Notes under the pieces: generated by a model
The model's database searches: none
Seen by the model: only the letters and a program-made list of their open reading frames with translations
Told to the model about the DNA's origin: nothing
From: Heteronotia binoei
Taxonomy: Eukaryota
Assembly: GCF_032191835.1 (NCBI RefSeq)
Contig: NC_083227.1
Coordinates: 40,858,001-40,922,000 of the forward strand
Direction of reading: 5' to 3'
DNA length: 64,000 nucleotides
Shown here: positions 23,541 through 35,790 of the stretch, piece after piece
How the letters are laid out: each line of letters begins with the position of its first letter
Numbering within the stretch: the first letter of the stretch is position 1
Translations under genes and position numbers: made by a program

Positions 23541-24470
23541 ATGGACAAGATGAACAGGACATTATGGACTGAGTTTGTTTTCCTTGGGTTACTGAACCAC
23601 ACAACAACCCACACAATTTTCTTTGGTGCTCTTCTAGTTGCCTTCCTTATTGCCTTGTTTGGAAATTGTCTCTTTCTTTTGCTGATCCAAGCAGGTTCTG
23701 CTTTTCAGACCCCCATGTATTTCTTCCTCAGTCAGTTGTCCTTCATAGACATTTGTCAGATCTTCACCATTGTTCCTAAAATGTCAATGGACTTCTTAAA
23801 TAAGAAGAATGTCATTTCATTGGCTGGATGTGGCATCCAGATATTCTTCACAATGACCATGGGAGGGGGAGAATGTCTCTTGCTGACTGTGATGTCCTAT
23901 GACAGGTATGTGGCAATATGCAAACCCTTGCAATATCCTGTACTCATGACCAGGAGGATCTGCCTAGTCTTGTCATCAGGAGTCTGGATTGGTGCCTCTT
24001 TCCATGCTCTGATACACACCATTTTTGTCATCCATCTACCTTTCTGTAAGTCAAATGTCATCAATCAGTTTTTCTGCACAGTTCCCAGTGTGCTGAAGTT
24101 GTCCTGTTCTGAGACATCCACCTATGAGAAGGGATTATTCCTCGCAGGTATTGTGATTCTTCTTAGTCCTTTCTCAGTCATTCTGGCTTCCTATATTTCC
24201 ATTCTTTTGACAGTCCTGGGAATGCAGTCAATTGAAGGAAGGCGCAAGGCATTTGGCACCTGCATATCCCACTTGTGTGTTGTAGGGATCTTCTACGGAG
24301 CAGCCAGTTTTAACTATATGAGACCTGGGTCATACAGAACACCACAACAGGATAAGATTGTCTCAGTGTTTTGTGACACTGTGACCCCTATGCTGAACCC
24401 CCTGATCTATAGTCTAAGAAACAGAGATGTTTTAGCAGTACTGAAAAAATCGCTTGGAAAATGCAGTTGA
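23541..24470 (+). CDS. Olfactory receptor, class II, intact (309 aa), OR2T/OR2-like divergent clade
   Basis: GN, FQTPMY, MSYDRYVAICKPLQYP, KAFGTCISHL, PMLNPLIYSLRN and sequon NRT; uninterrupted ORF. Confidence 0.93.
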   Translation: MDKMNRTLWTEFVFLGLLNHTTTHTIFFGALLVAFLIALFGNCLFLLLIQAGSAFQTPMYFFLSQLSFIDICQIFTIVPKMSMDFLNKKNVISLAGCGIQIFFTMTMGGGECLLLTVMSYDRYVAICKPLQYPVLMTRRICLVLSSGVWIGASFHALIHTIFVIHLPFCKSNVINQFFCTVPSVLKLSCSETSTYEKGLFLAGIVILLSPFSVILASYISILLTVLGMQSIEGRRKAFGTCISHLCVVGIFYGAASFNYMRPGSYRTPQQDKIVSVFCDTVTPMLNPLIYSLRNRDVLAVLKKSLGKCS

Positions 24471-24845
24471 TATACATGAAGGACAGCAAGACCTAGATTT
24501 GTGATAAATTTAAAGGCTGTTAATTCAAAGGCTAAATATTCAGTTTTAGGCAGCCTCAAGAGTATCAGATTTAAGACAAAGTAGATCTCTGCTCCTTTAA
24601 ACTTCTGTTTTCTGCCTTCAATAATCATCCACTGTTCAGTCAATGTAATATGCATGCTGTTTTATCATCTCTGTGAGCTTCCTATAATAGCAGAAGAATT
24701 TAGGCATGTAATATCAGACCATCTCCTTTTCCTTCCTTTGAGGTGATATTCTATGGTAGCATTTGTAGAGCTTAGTTTTGAGTGCTATAGAATAGCAGGT
24801 TCCCTAATGTTAGATAAAATGTCTGTTTTTCTGTCAGGACACTGA

Positions 24846-25129
24846 GGCTGATTCCACACTCACCTTTCTCCAGGGCAGGCTTATGTTTCTGGGAGGAGCA
24901 AACTGGTGATTTCGCACCAGTTGCTCCCCGCCAGCATTTTGCGCAGGGTAAACCTGCTATTTGCCCAGCTGCAATGTAAATGTGTTTTTTCAGGTTTACA
25001 CTGCAGCGGGGCAAATTGCTGATTTGCCCCGCGCAAAATGCCAGCGCTGAACAACTGGTGCGAAATCGCCAGTTTGCTCTGCCCAGAAATAGAAGCCTGC
25101 CCCAGAGAAAGGTGAGTGCAGAATCAGCC
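24846..25129. mobile_element. PIF/Harbinger-type palindromic MITE
   Basis: Long TIRs GGCTGATTCCACACTCACCTTTCTC / GAGAAAGGTGAGTGCAGAATCAGCC; near-complete palindrome; 3 bp flanks TGA/CGA. Confidence 0.75.
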
Positions 25130-25884
25130 CGAGTCAGCAAGGCTGACAAGAAGGATTTATTTTTAAGTTGTCAGAACAGGTTACAAATAAAGTAACATTA
25201 CAACTCAGGCTATGATAAAATGTTATCTTCTTCCCAAATTACAGTGTATAAGAATAGTGTATACAAATTAACATAATAATTCACAATGACTTTACAGCCA
25301 ATTTCTCAGTGACTTAAAGGAATTATATGAATCTGATTAGACCCACTGGTATGCAGGACTTCTAATTTACCTGGTCTGTTTTACCCAGGAGACAGACTTT
25401 TTTTTTTGTAATTTCACCTGATTTTTTTCTTCCTACGAGTGAGACACCAAACTAACATATCTGCTCACTCCCAGAGACAGATCTTAAATCCACATGTCTG
25501 CTTTTCTCAAATCTCACACTATAAACTGCTAACTTACAGCTCTTCACCTAAACATTCTATCAGCTCTTTGCTTGGATGTTGCAACCACAATCAAATCATC
25601 TCAGACATACAGAATATGATTGGTTGCTTTAAAGTTCAGGGTCAACAGGCCCTCCTCCATCACAGGCCCCAGAAATTGGTATTTGTTGAAATAGTAGAGG
25701 TTTTGCCATAGCTGGTTATTAGGGTTACTTTGTGCATGAGCCCCATCTCAGTGTCCAAGAGAGACCAAGTGATGTTGGATCTGAAAAAGGGTAACTTAAT
25801 CAAGCCGAGCTAATCAAGGAATTTCTTGAGTTCTGCAACAGGGTTAGGAAACCAAGGCACTAGATTCTGTTCTTCTCTCTCCCA

Positions 25885-28813
25885 AGTAGCCCTGCCTGGG
25901 TTCTCCGTCCTTCACCAGGGTTCTCCGTCCTTCACCAGACTAGCGGGCGGGGGGGAGGGGTGGCCTTTTTTATACGTGAGGATTGCTCCTTCAGGGTGCT
26001 TCCGCCGCCAAAGATCAAGGGTGTGGAGTATGTGGGCCTGGTGTGGGACATTGGGGAGAGTTTGGCAATCTGGCTGGTGTACCGTCTGCCTAACGCACCA
26101 GCCAGTGCCTTACCATCCCTGATGGAGGCTGTAGCAGGCTGGGCATTGGAGCATCCTCAATTTATAGTCCTGGGTGACTTCAACGTCCATGGTGAGGATG
26201 CGGCTTCCACTCGGGCGACGGACCTAGTGCTTTCCATGGCAGCACTAGGACTCTCCTAATATATAACAGCACCCACGCTTCGGGCTGGGCACACACTAGA
26301 CCTTATCTTTGCAGCGGGAGTTGTAGTGGATCAGATTTCTGCCGAGGCAGTGCCATGGTCTGACCACCAGGCCTTGAAGGCTCATGTGAACATCCCACCC
26401 CTTTCCCGTTTAGGCGGTGAGCAAGTTTTAGCTTGCTCGCGTAGCCAGATGGACCCTCTGCAGCTTCAAATGGCCATGCGGGATCCCTGGCCCTCTGGCG
26501 ACTCGCTGGATGAGCTAGTGGAGATCTGGAATAGCCAACCCTCCACAGCCATCGATGAGATCGCTCCCCGACGTCCTCTTCATCCTCGTTCACGATCCGC
26601 TCCATGGTATACCATGGAGTTGCGATCAATGAAACAGCGATTAAGACGACTAGAGAGACGATGGCGACATACTCGCGATGAAGCTACGAGAACATCCTAT
26701 AGGTAATTTATGCAGACCTATGAGATGGCAGTTCAGGCTGTAAAAAAGACTTATTTTGCATCCAGAATTGCATCTGCGACCTCGCGCCCAGAACAATTGT
26801 TTAGTATAATTCAGTCACTAACAACTCTATCACAGGGTAAACAAAATATTAGAGAACTGGAAATAGGCTGTGAGGCATTTGCGAGTTTTTTCGCAGATAA
26901 GGTCTCGTCGCTCCAATGTGACCTTCCCGCCATAGTTGATACAGTGAAAGAACTTGGGGCACCGAGCGCGTCTTCTGGTCCAATTCTGGATTCCTTCAGT
27001 CCACTCAGCCTGGAGGAAGTCAACAGGATCCTTTTGGCTGTACGCCGTACAACTTGTAGGTTGGATCAGTGCCCGTCATGGCTTATAAAAGCTAGCCAGA
27101 CGTGGCTACGTGAACCACTACAAGGTATTGTCAACAGATCCCTGGTAGAAGGGAACTTTTCCACACCTCTTAAAGAGGCAGTGGTCCGCCCCCTCTTAAA
27201 AAAACCATCTGCAAATCCGGCCGAATTGGCAAATTATCGGCCGGTATCAAACCTTCCTTTTTTGGGTAAGGTTATAGAGCGGGCGGTGGCAACTCAGCTA
27301 CAGGGATTCCTGGAGGACACTTCCGCACTGGATCTATTCCAGTCCGGCTCTCGACCAGGTCACGGGACGGAGACGGTTCTGGTCGCCCTCATAGATGACC
27401 TCATGCAACATCTGGACCAGGGTGGCTCAGCGGTGCTGTTGTTATTAGATCTGTCAGCTGCTTTTGATACGGTTGACCATCAGCTACTGACTAGCTGCCT
27501 TGCCGATGTGGGGATTCAGGGGTTCGCCTTACAGTGGTTGACCTCCTTTCTCCAAGATCGGGGACAAAGGGTGGTGATAGGGGAGGAAGTATCCCAGATG
27601 CACTCTCTCATCTGTGGGGTGCCACAGGGAGTGGTCCTATCCCCGATGATATTTAACATCTATATGCGCCCCCTTGCCCAGATTGTCAGGAGGTATGGAC
27701 TGGGTTGTCATCAATATGCACCCAGCTCTATCTATTGATGGGCGGCCAGTCCAACTGTACCCCGGAAAATCTAGACCTTGCTCTTCAAGCCGTGGCTTCT
27801 TGGCTCAGGCCGAGCCGGCTGAAGCTGAATCCAATGAAGACGGAGGTTCTCTGAGTCGGGGTGACCCGGAAAGGGAGGTTTGTCTGCCGGCTCTTGACAG
27901 GGTGCCATTAATACCGGCCCCTAAGGTCAAGAGCTTGGGCATGATCCTTAAGTCCTCCCTCACAATGGAGGCCCAAGTAGCAGCCACTGTTAGATCCGCC
28001 TTTTTCACCTTTGGTGGGTGCGGCAGCTGGCCCCGTTCCTGGAGCACAATGACTTAGCAATGGTGATCCATGCCACGGTCACCTCAAGAATAGATCACTG
28101 TAATGCTCTCTACATGGGGCTACCCTTGACGCTAACCCGGAGACCACAGCTAGTGCAGAACGCTGTGGCACGACTGTTAATGAGACTCCCTCGATGGGAG
28201 CACATTCAGCCGGTGCTGAAAGAGCTGCACTGGCTTCCTGTTGTGTTCTGAGTTCGTTTCAAGGTGTTGGTACTGACCTTTAAAGCCCTTTATGGTAGGG
28301 ACCTGTCTATCTGCGGGACCTCCTTTCTCCGTATATTCCCCAGAAAGCACTGTGCTCAGGGACGAAAAATCTAATGTCCATCCCAGGACCAAAAGAAGCC
28401 AGGTTGCATATGACACAAACCAGGGCTTTCTCGGTGGCAGCGCCAGAACTCTGGAACGCTCTCCCAGAGACCATAAGGGCCTTGCAGGATCTGCCTACGT
28501 TCCGCAGGGCCCGTAAGACCGAATTGTTTCGATAGGCCTTCGATATCTAACTGAGAGAGAGCTGCCACTGGACATCATATAGAGCACCAAGTAGAGTACT
28601 GGTGGTCACTACCGAATTTTTAGAACCGCCTATATTGTACTGTATTAACACAGCACCATGAAATGGTTTTAAATAATTTAAATATGTAATTATGTTTTAT
28701 ATGTTTTATTGGTTTTAATGGTAGTAATGTAATATTGTGAGCCGCCCTGAGTCCACTTGAGGAGAGGGCGGGATATAAGCTTAATGTAATAAATAAATAA
28801 TAAATAAATAAAT
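25885..28813 (+). mobile_element. L2 LINE, 5'-truncated in the endonuclease, degraded ORF2
   Basis: VLGDFNVH and WSDH (APE); NYRPVSNLPFLGK, LLLLDLSAAFDTVDH, GVPQG (RT); LHWLPV; GGGCGGGATATAAG end with a (TAAA)n tail. A 20 bp tandem duplication at 25898-25937 and a small deletion of the YADD motif near 27719. Confidence 0.95.
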
Positions 28814-29824
28814 TCTCAATATTGGGTGTCTGCCTACTTTCAAAATAACTTCATTTAAAAGGCAAAACCCATGAAGAAAGTAGAAAACCAGCTGCGGAAT
28901 GGGGGCTAACTTCTTGTGCTGTGTGCTATATGCATGACTACCTGCTTGCTAGGCAAAAGATATGGGTGCATGCTCAATGCAATAGCTCCTGGGTTTCAGG
29001 GACTAAGCTCATAACCTTGAGATTAAAATTGCAAACTTGCCAAATGTGGTCAAGCATAGTGGCAGTCATTGCAAAAGTTCTTACGGTGCTATCCTAAGAG
29101 TTACGCCCTGCTAAGCACATTGATCAATACCTGAAGCTCAATCAATAGCATTGTGCCCCCTTGCTTTTGCATTCTTTAATATTTTTCAGTAGCTATGTCA
29201 GTATTGTTTGGGAACGTGCTAGCTTCACTAGATTTTGTCTATAATGAAGGAAAAGCCTTGATATGAAAAAACCCAACAAGGCTTCTCTAAAGGGAACTCC
29301 TGCCTTGCCGGTTCTTTGGAATTCTTTTTGATAGTGTCAGTGAGAAAACTAACATTGATCCCAGGCATAATATTTGGATTTTTAAAAAAAAGCTTTTGAC
29401 AAAGTCAGTCATAAAAGTCTTTTGAGTGGTCCCTTGGGTAACAGACTCATGGATCATGGAGAAATGCACAGATATTTTAACCCATAAATGAATTTTACCT
29501 TGGTTCGTTCTTTAAAACTTTTATCTGTTTTCTTTATTATGGTTATTATACCTGGTCTGATATTCCCCTATGTATTTTTAATTTTAATTGGTTTCTATGA
29601 GAAGATATTTATTTGTGCAACTTATTGCATTTTTTTACACAATAAGGATGCAATTCACAAAGTGTATTCATCACACAGAGTCCTTTCTGCCAAATTTTAC
29701 ACAAGCAGCATACCCATTTTTGAGGAAATTAAAATTCTCACTTGCCAAATTAGCAGAAGTAAACAAGAGTTGTGAACGAATGTTTTCTCTATATGTTGTT
29801 GAAGGCTTTCATAGCCAGAGTTCA

Positions 29825-29973
29825 TTGGTTGTTGTAGATTTTCCAAGCTGTATGGCTGTCTCTAGCCTTCTGTGTTGTACCTCTGAGGATGCCAGCCACA
29901 GTTGCTGGTGAAACGGCAGGTTCTACAATGCCAAGACCATGACCATACAGCCCAGAAAATCCATAACAACCAA
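29825..29973 (+). mobile_element. Penelope-like element terminal repeat remnant, inverted arrangement
   Basis: Imperfect inverted arms 29825-29855 and 29943-29973 (GGTTGTTGTAGATTTTCC..GCTGTATGG / CCATACAGCCCAGAAAATCC..ACAACC) enclose a hammerhead motif, typical of squamate Penelope termini. Confidence 0.75.
29880..29920 (+). ncRNA. Minimal type I hammerhead ribozyme motif, predicted inactive
   Basis: CCT-CTGAGGA-T-GCCAGC(cacagtt)GCTGGT-GAAAC-GG-C-AGG gives the core CUGANGA/GAAA, stem II and stem I CCT/AGG. The cleavage triplet is GGC instead of GUC. Confidence 0.75.
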
Positions 29974-30575
29974 TAATCTTTCCTCCTTTATAGACCTCCT
30001 CAGTGGGAGGTGGTGGTCTATTTTAAAACAAAAATAGTTTGGATCAATAAGAAGTACTATACCATACTTCCTTTATCCTACCACACTGTTCAGTTGATTT
30101 TTCTCACATCCAGCTGATATTAGAACCCAGACAATCAACAAAATTACTTTAAATAAAAGAATGGTGTCTAAAGGGCCTATCTGCCTTCATCTGCACACTA
30201 GAGGTTTGTTGGAAAATAGACACCTCTCCATCACACATCTTTATACATGAATGTTTTGTGTTTTTCCCATGCCAGGCTTAATAGACCTCTGGGTGTTAGG
30301 AGGATTTGGTTTGGATTCATATTACATGGAATTAATGCTGAGAAATCCTTAATAACAGTTTTGTCTTATATAGAGAAGTGATGGAGAAGGAATTGGATCT
30401 TTCCTTATCACTTTCCTCTGGTATATCTTATGGTTTGGTGGGATTGGAGACTGATGTCTTAGCTTTTACTTTTACAAAGCAGAGGAGTCACATTTGAAGG
30501 GTGGAAGGGACAAAGCCTTGGCCCCGGGCTCTGCGCCCTTATAATCTGCAAGTCAATAGAAGAAAGAAGTGTATG

Positions 30576-31257
30576 TGTCATGCACCACCTGGACTGGGGG
30601 TCATGCCCCTCGAGTGGCCATCGCCTGTCTACCTCCTGGGTTCCCACCCTGGGAGGCGGGGGGGGGGTCTCAGAGTAGGGTGGAGGGCTGAGTTACAGCA
30701 CCCTGTCATCCCTCTGGCTGGGCCTTAGTTCTCCTCTTCCACCTTTCTCTCTCTCCTTCTGGCTATATGAGGCTTGCTCAGGCACCAGCTCCATTCCTTT
30801 GAATCATCACCGACCACCCCTCACTGGCTGCCCAGCCCTCCTTTGATTCCCCTTCCAGCTCCCATGTCTCCTCCCCCATGGTAACCCTCCAGGCTCCCTT
30901 CTTAAGGGAAGACACCCAGCAGCCCCCTCCCTCTCCTGGGGCTTGCTGGGCTGGCTCTGGCAGGTGGGCTAGATGTTTAGGTGTGGTGTGGCAGGCCCTA
31001 TGGGCCTGCCGCAGTCTGGAGCAAAATGCTCTTGCTGGTTGGACTCCTCCCTTCCTATTCTTCGTGGGGGTGTGAGGGAGCCAGGCAATGCCGGCTCGGA
31101 TTTGGGGCTGGGCCTGCCTATCCACAGGGCAAGTCCCAGGCCCGGTGTCTTCGGCGGGACCTGCTTCGTCCCCGCCCTCTGGAACAGCCACTCCTCTGAC
31201 CACAGCGGCGGGCGCTGGCTCCCTGGCCCTCTGGGTGAGTGGGGGAGGGCAGGGCTG
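30576..31257 (-). mobile_element. Probable LTR remnant, one end lost
   Basis: GC-rich, ends ...CATGACA on the minus strand like the solo LTR at 44910. No TSD found; the other end abuts a LINE tail. Confidence 0.4.
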
Positions 31258-31445
31258 TCCATACCATACCAAACCTTTAATGACATAACAGTTGGAAATA
31301 AAAATACACAGAATATAAAAATTTAAACATTGGAGATAAAATCAAAATGAAACTGAGCTTACAGATGCATTCATACATTGTCAGATTTAAATTTAAGGAT
31401 GTCAGCCAAAAATTTTGCCACAGCCTCGCTAACCTCCCCCTCAGT
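31258..31445 (-). mobile_element. 3' end of a non-LTR retroelement with (GGTAT)n tail
   Basis: Minus strand reads EVSEAVAKFLADILKFKS, then an AT-rich UTR, ATTAAA and GGTTTGGTATGGTATGG. Confidence 0.45.
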
Positions 31446-32313
31446 ATCATTCAATAAATAATAACAGTGTGGCAGAATAGACAAATCTGGGGAGAAAGAA
31501 AGCTTGCAGAATAAATCTTTACGGAGATTATGATAATCTTATGCTTGCAGCCTGCAGCGTAGCTGCTAGGCTGCATGAGCAGAGTTTGCTTCCCTGGATG
31601 GGAAGAGTCAGGGGGTGCCCGTTTCGGCGAACAGAGAAAAAGGTCTGCGCTCCTCGTTGGCTCCTTTGTCTTGGCAGATGATTGTTTTTGGTTGGATGTC
31701 GGAGTTTGTTGTGGCAATCGACTGGGCAGCGGCGGGTGAAGCGTTGGCTGGAGCATCAGCGTTGGTTGGAGCGTCGGCTGCAGTACTGCGGACTGGCAGC
31801 GGCATCGGAGGCGGTGGAGGACGTGGCGTTGTCCTTCTTGTTGGCTGAGTCTGCCTAGGGTTTGGGGTCTGCTGGGGCAGGGGTTGTGGAGCCCAGGGGT
31901 TGGTCTTTCCCCTTTTATTTTTTGGGGGTGTGGGCCTGTGGGGCAACCTGGGTGTTTTATTATTGCCCTTGAAGTTGGCAGGTGGCCATATTGGAGAGCC
32001 TCCCTCCCCCTTTTTTCCCCCCTTCTGGGGACATTGGTGTGCAGCAGAGCCTTTTCTGGCCATTTTGAGTTCCCTTTCTTGTTCCAGGGGGAAGCCATTT
32101 TAGAGTGGAGCTGCAGGAGGCCATTTTATGGTCTTGTGCTTGCTATTTAGATGGCTGGTGGAAAAGGGTCGGGCAAGCCCAAAGGGAAACAGCCAGCGCC
32201 TAAGGCACTCAAGGCTCCTGCGAAAAGGCCACCACCATCGTTATCCTCTTCTGATGAGGAGGGTGATATGGTGGTTGATTCCAATATTGCTTGTAGATTG
32301 AGAGCATTGGAAC

Positions 32314-34314
32314 TAGGCTTCCCAATCCCCAGGTCCCAGAGGGGGGTCCCCCGGTTTTACAGACTTCCCCCCTCCCCCAGCCAGCTGGCCGGAGGGGGAA
32401 GCCCCGCCCCCACAACCATCATGCACTTCCATGAACGATTCCCATAGGAAATGATGGGGAATTGATCCGCGGGTATCAGGGGCTCTGAGGGGGCTGTTTT
32501 TTGAGATAGAGGCACCAAATCTTCAGTATAGCATCTAGTGCCTCTCCCCAAAATACCTCCCAAGTTTCAAAATGATTGGACCAGGGGGTCCAATTCTATG
32601 AACCCCAAAAGAAGGTGCCCCTATCCTTCATTATTTCCTATGGAAGGAAGGCATTTAAAAAGATGTGCAGTCTCTTTAAATGTGATTTGCTGCATAAATG
32701 GCAGACTCAAGTGAATGGATTTGTATGGCAACATCGGAAGCCAAGGCTTAATTTTGCGTCTTGTAGGCGATCTACTTCGAGGGGTGGTTTAGCGGTCCCA
32801 GATATCTCCAGATATCATGATGCTATCATCCTCTCCACCTTAATTAAATATTACAGGCCTTCCTATGTGGCAGACTGGAAGCTGATTGAAAACTCCTATC
32901 TTAAGACCTCTTCTTTTCAGGAGGAGCTCTGGGGCATCTCTAGACGGGCTAAGTCTTCTTTTTCTTCCAATCCTTTTCTAGCTTCTCTCCTGCAAGTTGG
33001 CGCAAACACTGCAACCTGCTAGCCCCCCCCAACTTCCCCCTTAGCCATATTTGTCGGTCAACCCTGGTTTACTCCAGGTTTGAATAAACACTCTTTCACA
33101 TCATGGAAACAGTTGCGGCTGACCCGCTTTGCTGATGTCCTCTCCAACGGTGTTCTGAAAGATAAAGTGACCTTGGAGGCAAACTCTGAAATTCGACTCC
33201 CCTGGTTTGAGTACCTGCAGCTTAAGCATTTATTAGACACTCATCACTTTAGCCTTTCCTTGCGGATTCATCTTGGGGAGTTTGAGAAATATTTGTATAG
33301 TGACGAAGCCCCTATTAGGGGATTGATATCGAAAATTTACAAACTGTTACTCCACTCCGTTGACACAAAACCACACTCCTATCAAGGGGCCTGGCACCGA
33401 GATCTGGGTGCCGAGCTAACTAAGGAGCAGTGGCAGGTTATTTGGGGCTCCTCCATATATAAAACGAAGGCACTAAATGTGCAACTTCAAGCCATTAAAG
33501 TTCTCACATGCTGGTATATGACTCCAGCACAATTATCCCACTCTTCCTCTACTTCACCTCTTTGTTTTAAGAACTGCGGCCAGAGAGGCACATTTTTCCA
33601 CTCCTGGTGGCTTTGCCCCGTCATACAAAGCTTTTGGAGGCTAATTTACCAAGAAGTGCATGCCCTCACCTCATACTCTCCACCATTCACGCCAGAGTAC
33701 GCTCTTCTGAACCTTGTAGGCGCCTCACGCGGTCCTGACCACACAGAAGAACTAGTTTCACACATGTTCGTAGCAGCTAAATTCGCAATTGCCCTGGTTT
33801 GGAAGCAACAAACTCCTCCTTCGAGACAGGCATGGTGGCTGAAATTGTGGGATTATTTTGTTTTAGATAAGCTCACCTATGATTTGGATCCTCGTTGCTC
33901 CTCCCAAACCACTTCCCTAGACTTTATGTGCAAATGGCGTCCCTTTATTGATAAAGTCTCGAAGGACAGCAGGAACCCTAATGACTCATACCATGCTATT
34001 TTGATGTCATGTCAACTAATGTTGTAGTTAGCCTTTAATAGCTAACCTTGTATGTTTCCATTTCCCTATTTTATATTGGTACATGCTACACATCTGTTGA
34101 TGTCTCATCACTATTGTACCTTGAACTTTATATTAATAAAGCTTTTCAAAATAGAAAAAAAAATGTGATGGCCAGAACTCCCTTGAAGTTCAATTATGCT
34201 TGTCACACCCTTGCTTTTGGCTCCACCCCAATGTCTCTTGGCTCCACCCCCAAAGTCTCCTGGCTCCATCCCCAAAGTCCCCAGATATTTCTTGAATTGG
34301 ACTTGGCAACCCTA
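32314..34314. mobile_element. hAT-type MITE inserted in Ngaro ORF1 and itself carrying an L1
   Basis: Ends TAGGCTTCCCAA / TTGGCAACCCTA; perfect 8 bp TSD ATTGGAAC (32306-32313, 34315-34322). Confidence 0.9.
32686..34160 (+). mobile_element. L1-clade LINE 3' fragment (ORF2 C-terminus)
   Basis: GGLAVPD, WYMTP and a CCHC-type motif CFKNCGQRGTFFHSWWLCP. AATAAA at 34135-34140, A-tail, and 9 bp TSD AAATGTGAT (32677-32685, 34161-34169) at a TTT/AAA site. Confidence 0.9.
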
Positions 34315-34416
34315 ATTGGAACAGGCAGCGGGCATCCTTTCTCCAGGTGGGAAGGATGGTGTGAGGCAATCTAAGAAGGGTAAGCAGGCGAGTATTCTCA
34401 CCAGCTGCCTATTCTT

Positions 34417-35790
34417 TTTTTTTTTTGTATAAACAATTTTTATTAGTAACATATGGTAGCAGAACTATATCTACAACTTATAAAAACTTAAAATAAAAGA
34501 GAAACCTTTCTACCCCATATCTTACTTTTCTCCCACCCCTCCCCCCGTTACTTGACCCCCGCCAGTGTTATTTACTTAAAGAAAGCAAATATTAAAGGTA
34601 CCCTTAACTATTAAAAAAAACAACCCCCCCCAAAAAGTTATATTCTTATTTTAAAAACCTTAATCATTATCAAAGATTGTCCAGTGTCCTTTTATTTTCC
34701 ACTCTTTTTCTACGTATCTTCTGAATTTCTTCCACTCCAACTTAAAAAGTTCCAAATCATAGTCTCTTAGTTTTCTTGTTAATTTGTCCATTTCACTCCA
34801 TGACATAACTTTTGTAATCCAATCCCATTTCTCTGGTATTTTTTCTTGCTTCCGCAGCTGCGCATACAATGTCCTAGCAGCTGAGAGCAAGTACCATATT
34901 AAAGTTCTATCTTCTTTTGGAAATTTTTCCATTTTTAATCCCAGCAGAAAAGTCTCTGCCACTTTATTGAATTCATATCCCAAAATCTTAGAAATCTCTT
35001 GCTGAATCATCTGCCAAAACATTTTAGCCCTTTCACAAGTCCACCACATATGGTAGAAAGAACCTTCGTGCTTTTTACATTTCCAACACCTATCTGGCAT
35101 CTTGTTGTTCATCTTTGCTAATTTTTTTGGAGTCATATACCATCTATACATCATCTTAAAACAGTTTTCTTTAATACTATGACATGTTGCGAATTTCATA
35201 GAATTCTTCCACAGATATTCCCAAGATTCCATCTTTATTTCTTTGTTTACATTAATTGCCCATTTTATCATTTGAGATTTCACTGCTTCATCTTCTGTAG
35301 ACCATTGTAAAAGTAATTTGTATACTTTTGAAATTAATTTCTCACTATCTCCAAGCAGAACTCTTTCCATTTCTGTTTGCTCCTTCCTTATTCCTTCGGT
35401 TTTAATATCATTCTCCACCAAACTTTTTATTTGTTGCATTTGAAACCAATCATATTTGTAACTTAGTTCTTCTGCAGTTTTCAGTTCTATTTTTCTACTT
35501 TGTATTTTTAGTAACTGCTTGTATGATAGCCGTTTTTCTTTGGCTGTTTTAGCCGTTATCTTTATCACTTCAGCTGGCACTATCCACAAAGGTCTCCTCT
35601 CATCACCATATTTCTTATACTTTATCCATACATTTAGTAGATTACTTCTTACATAATGGTGAGAGAAAAGGCCATCCATCTTCTTTTTTCCGTAATATAA
35701 GTATGCATGCCAGCCGAATTTTTTTCCATGGCCTTCCAGCACTAAAAGTTTTTTATTTAACAACATTGTTAAATAACGTTGTTAAACCAG
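34417..35790 (-). mobile_element. L1 LINE 3' fragment with open 368 aa ORF2 C-terminus
   Basis: RWYMTPKKL and RCWKCKKHEGSFYHMWWTC; poly(T) at the left end; TSD CCAG(A)CTGCCTATTCT at 34401-34415 and 35787-35802. Confidence 0.9.

Noticed and set aside
30778-31326. Several overlapping 65-164 aa ORFs on both strands
   Set aside because: Expected in GC-rich LTR-like sequence; no motifs.
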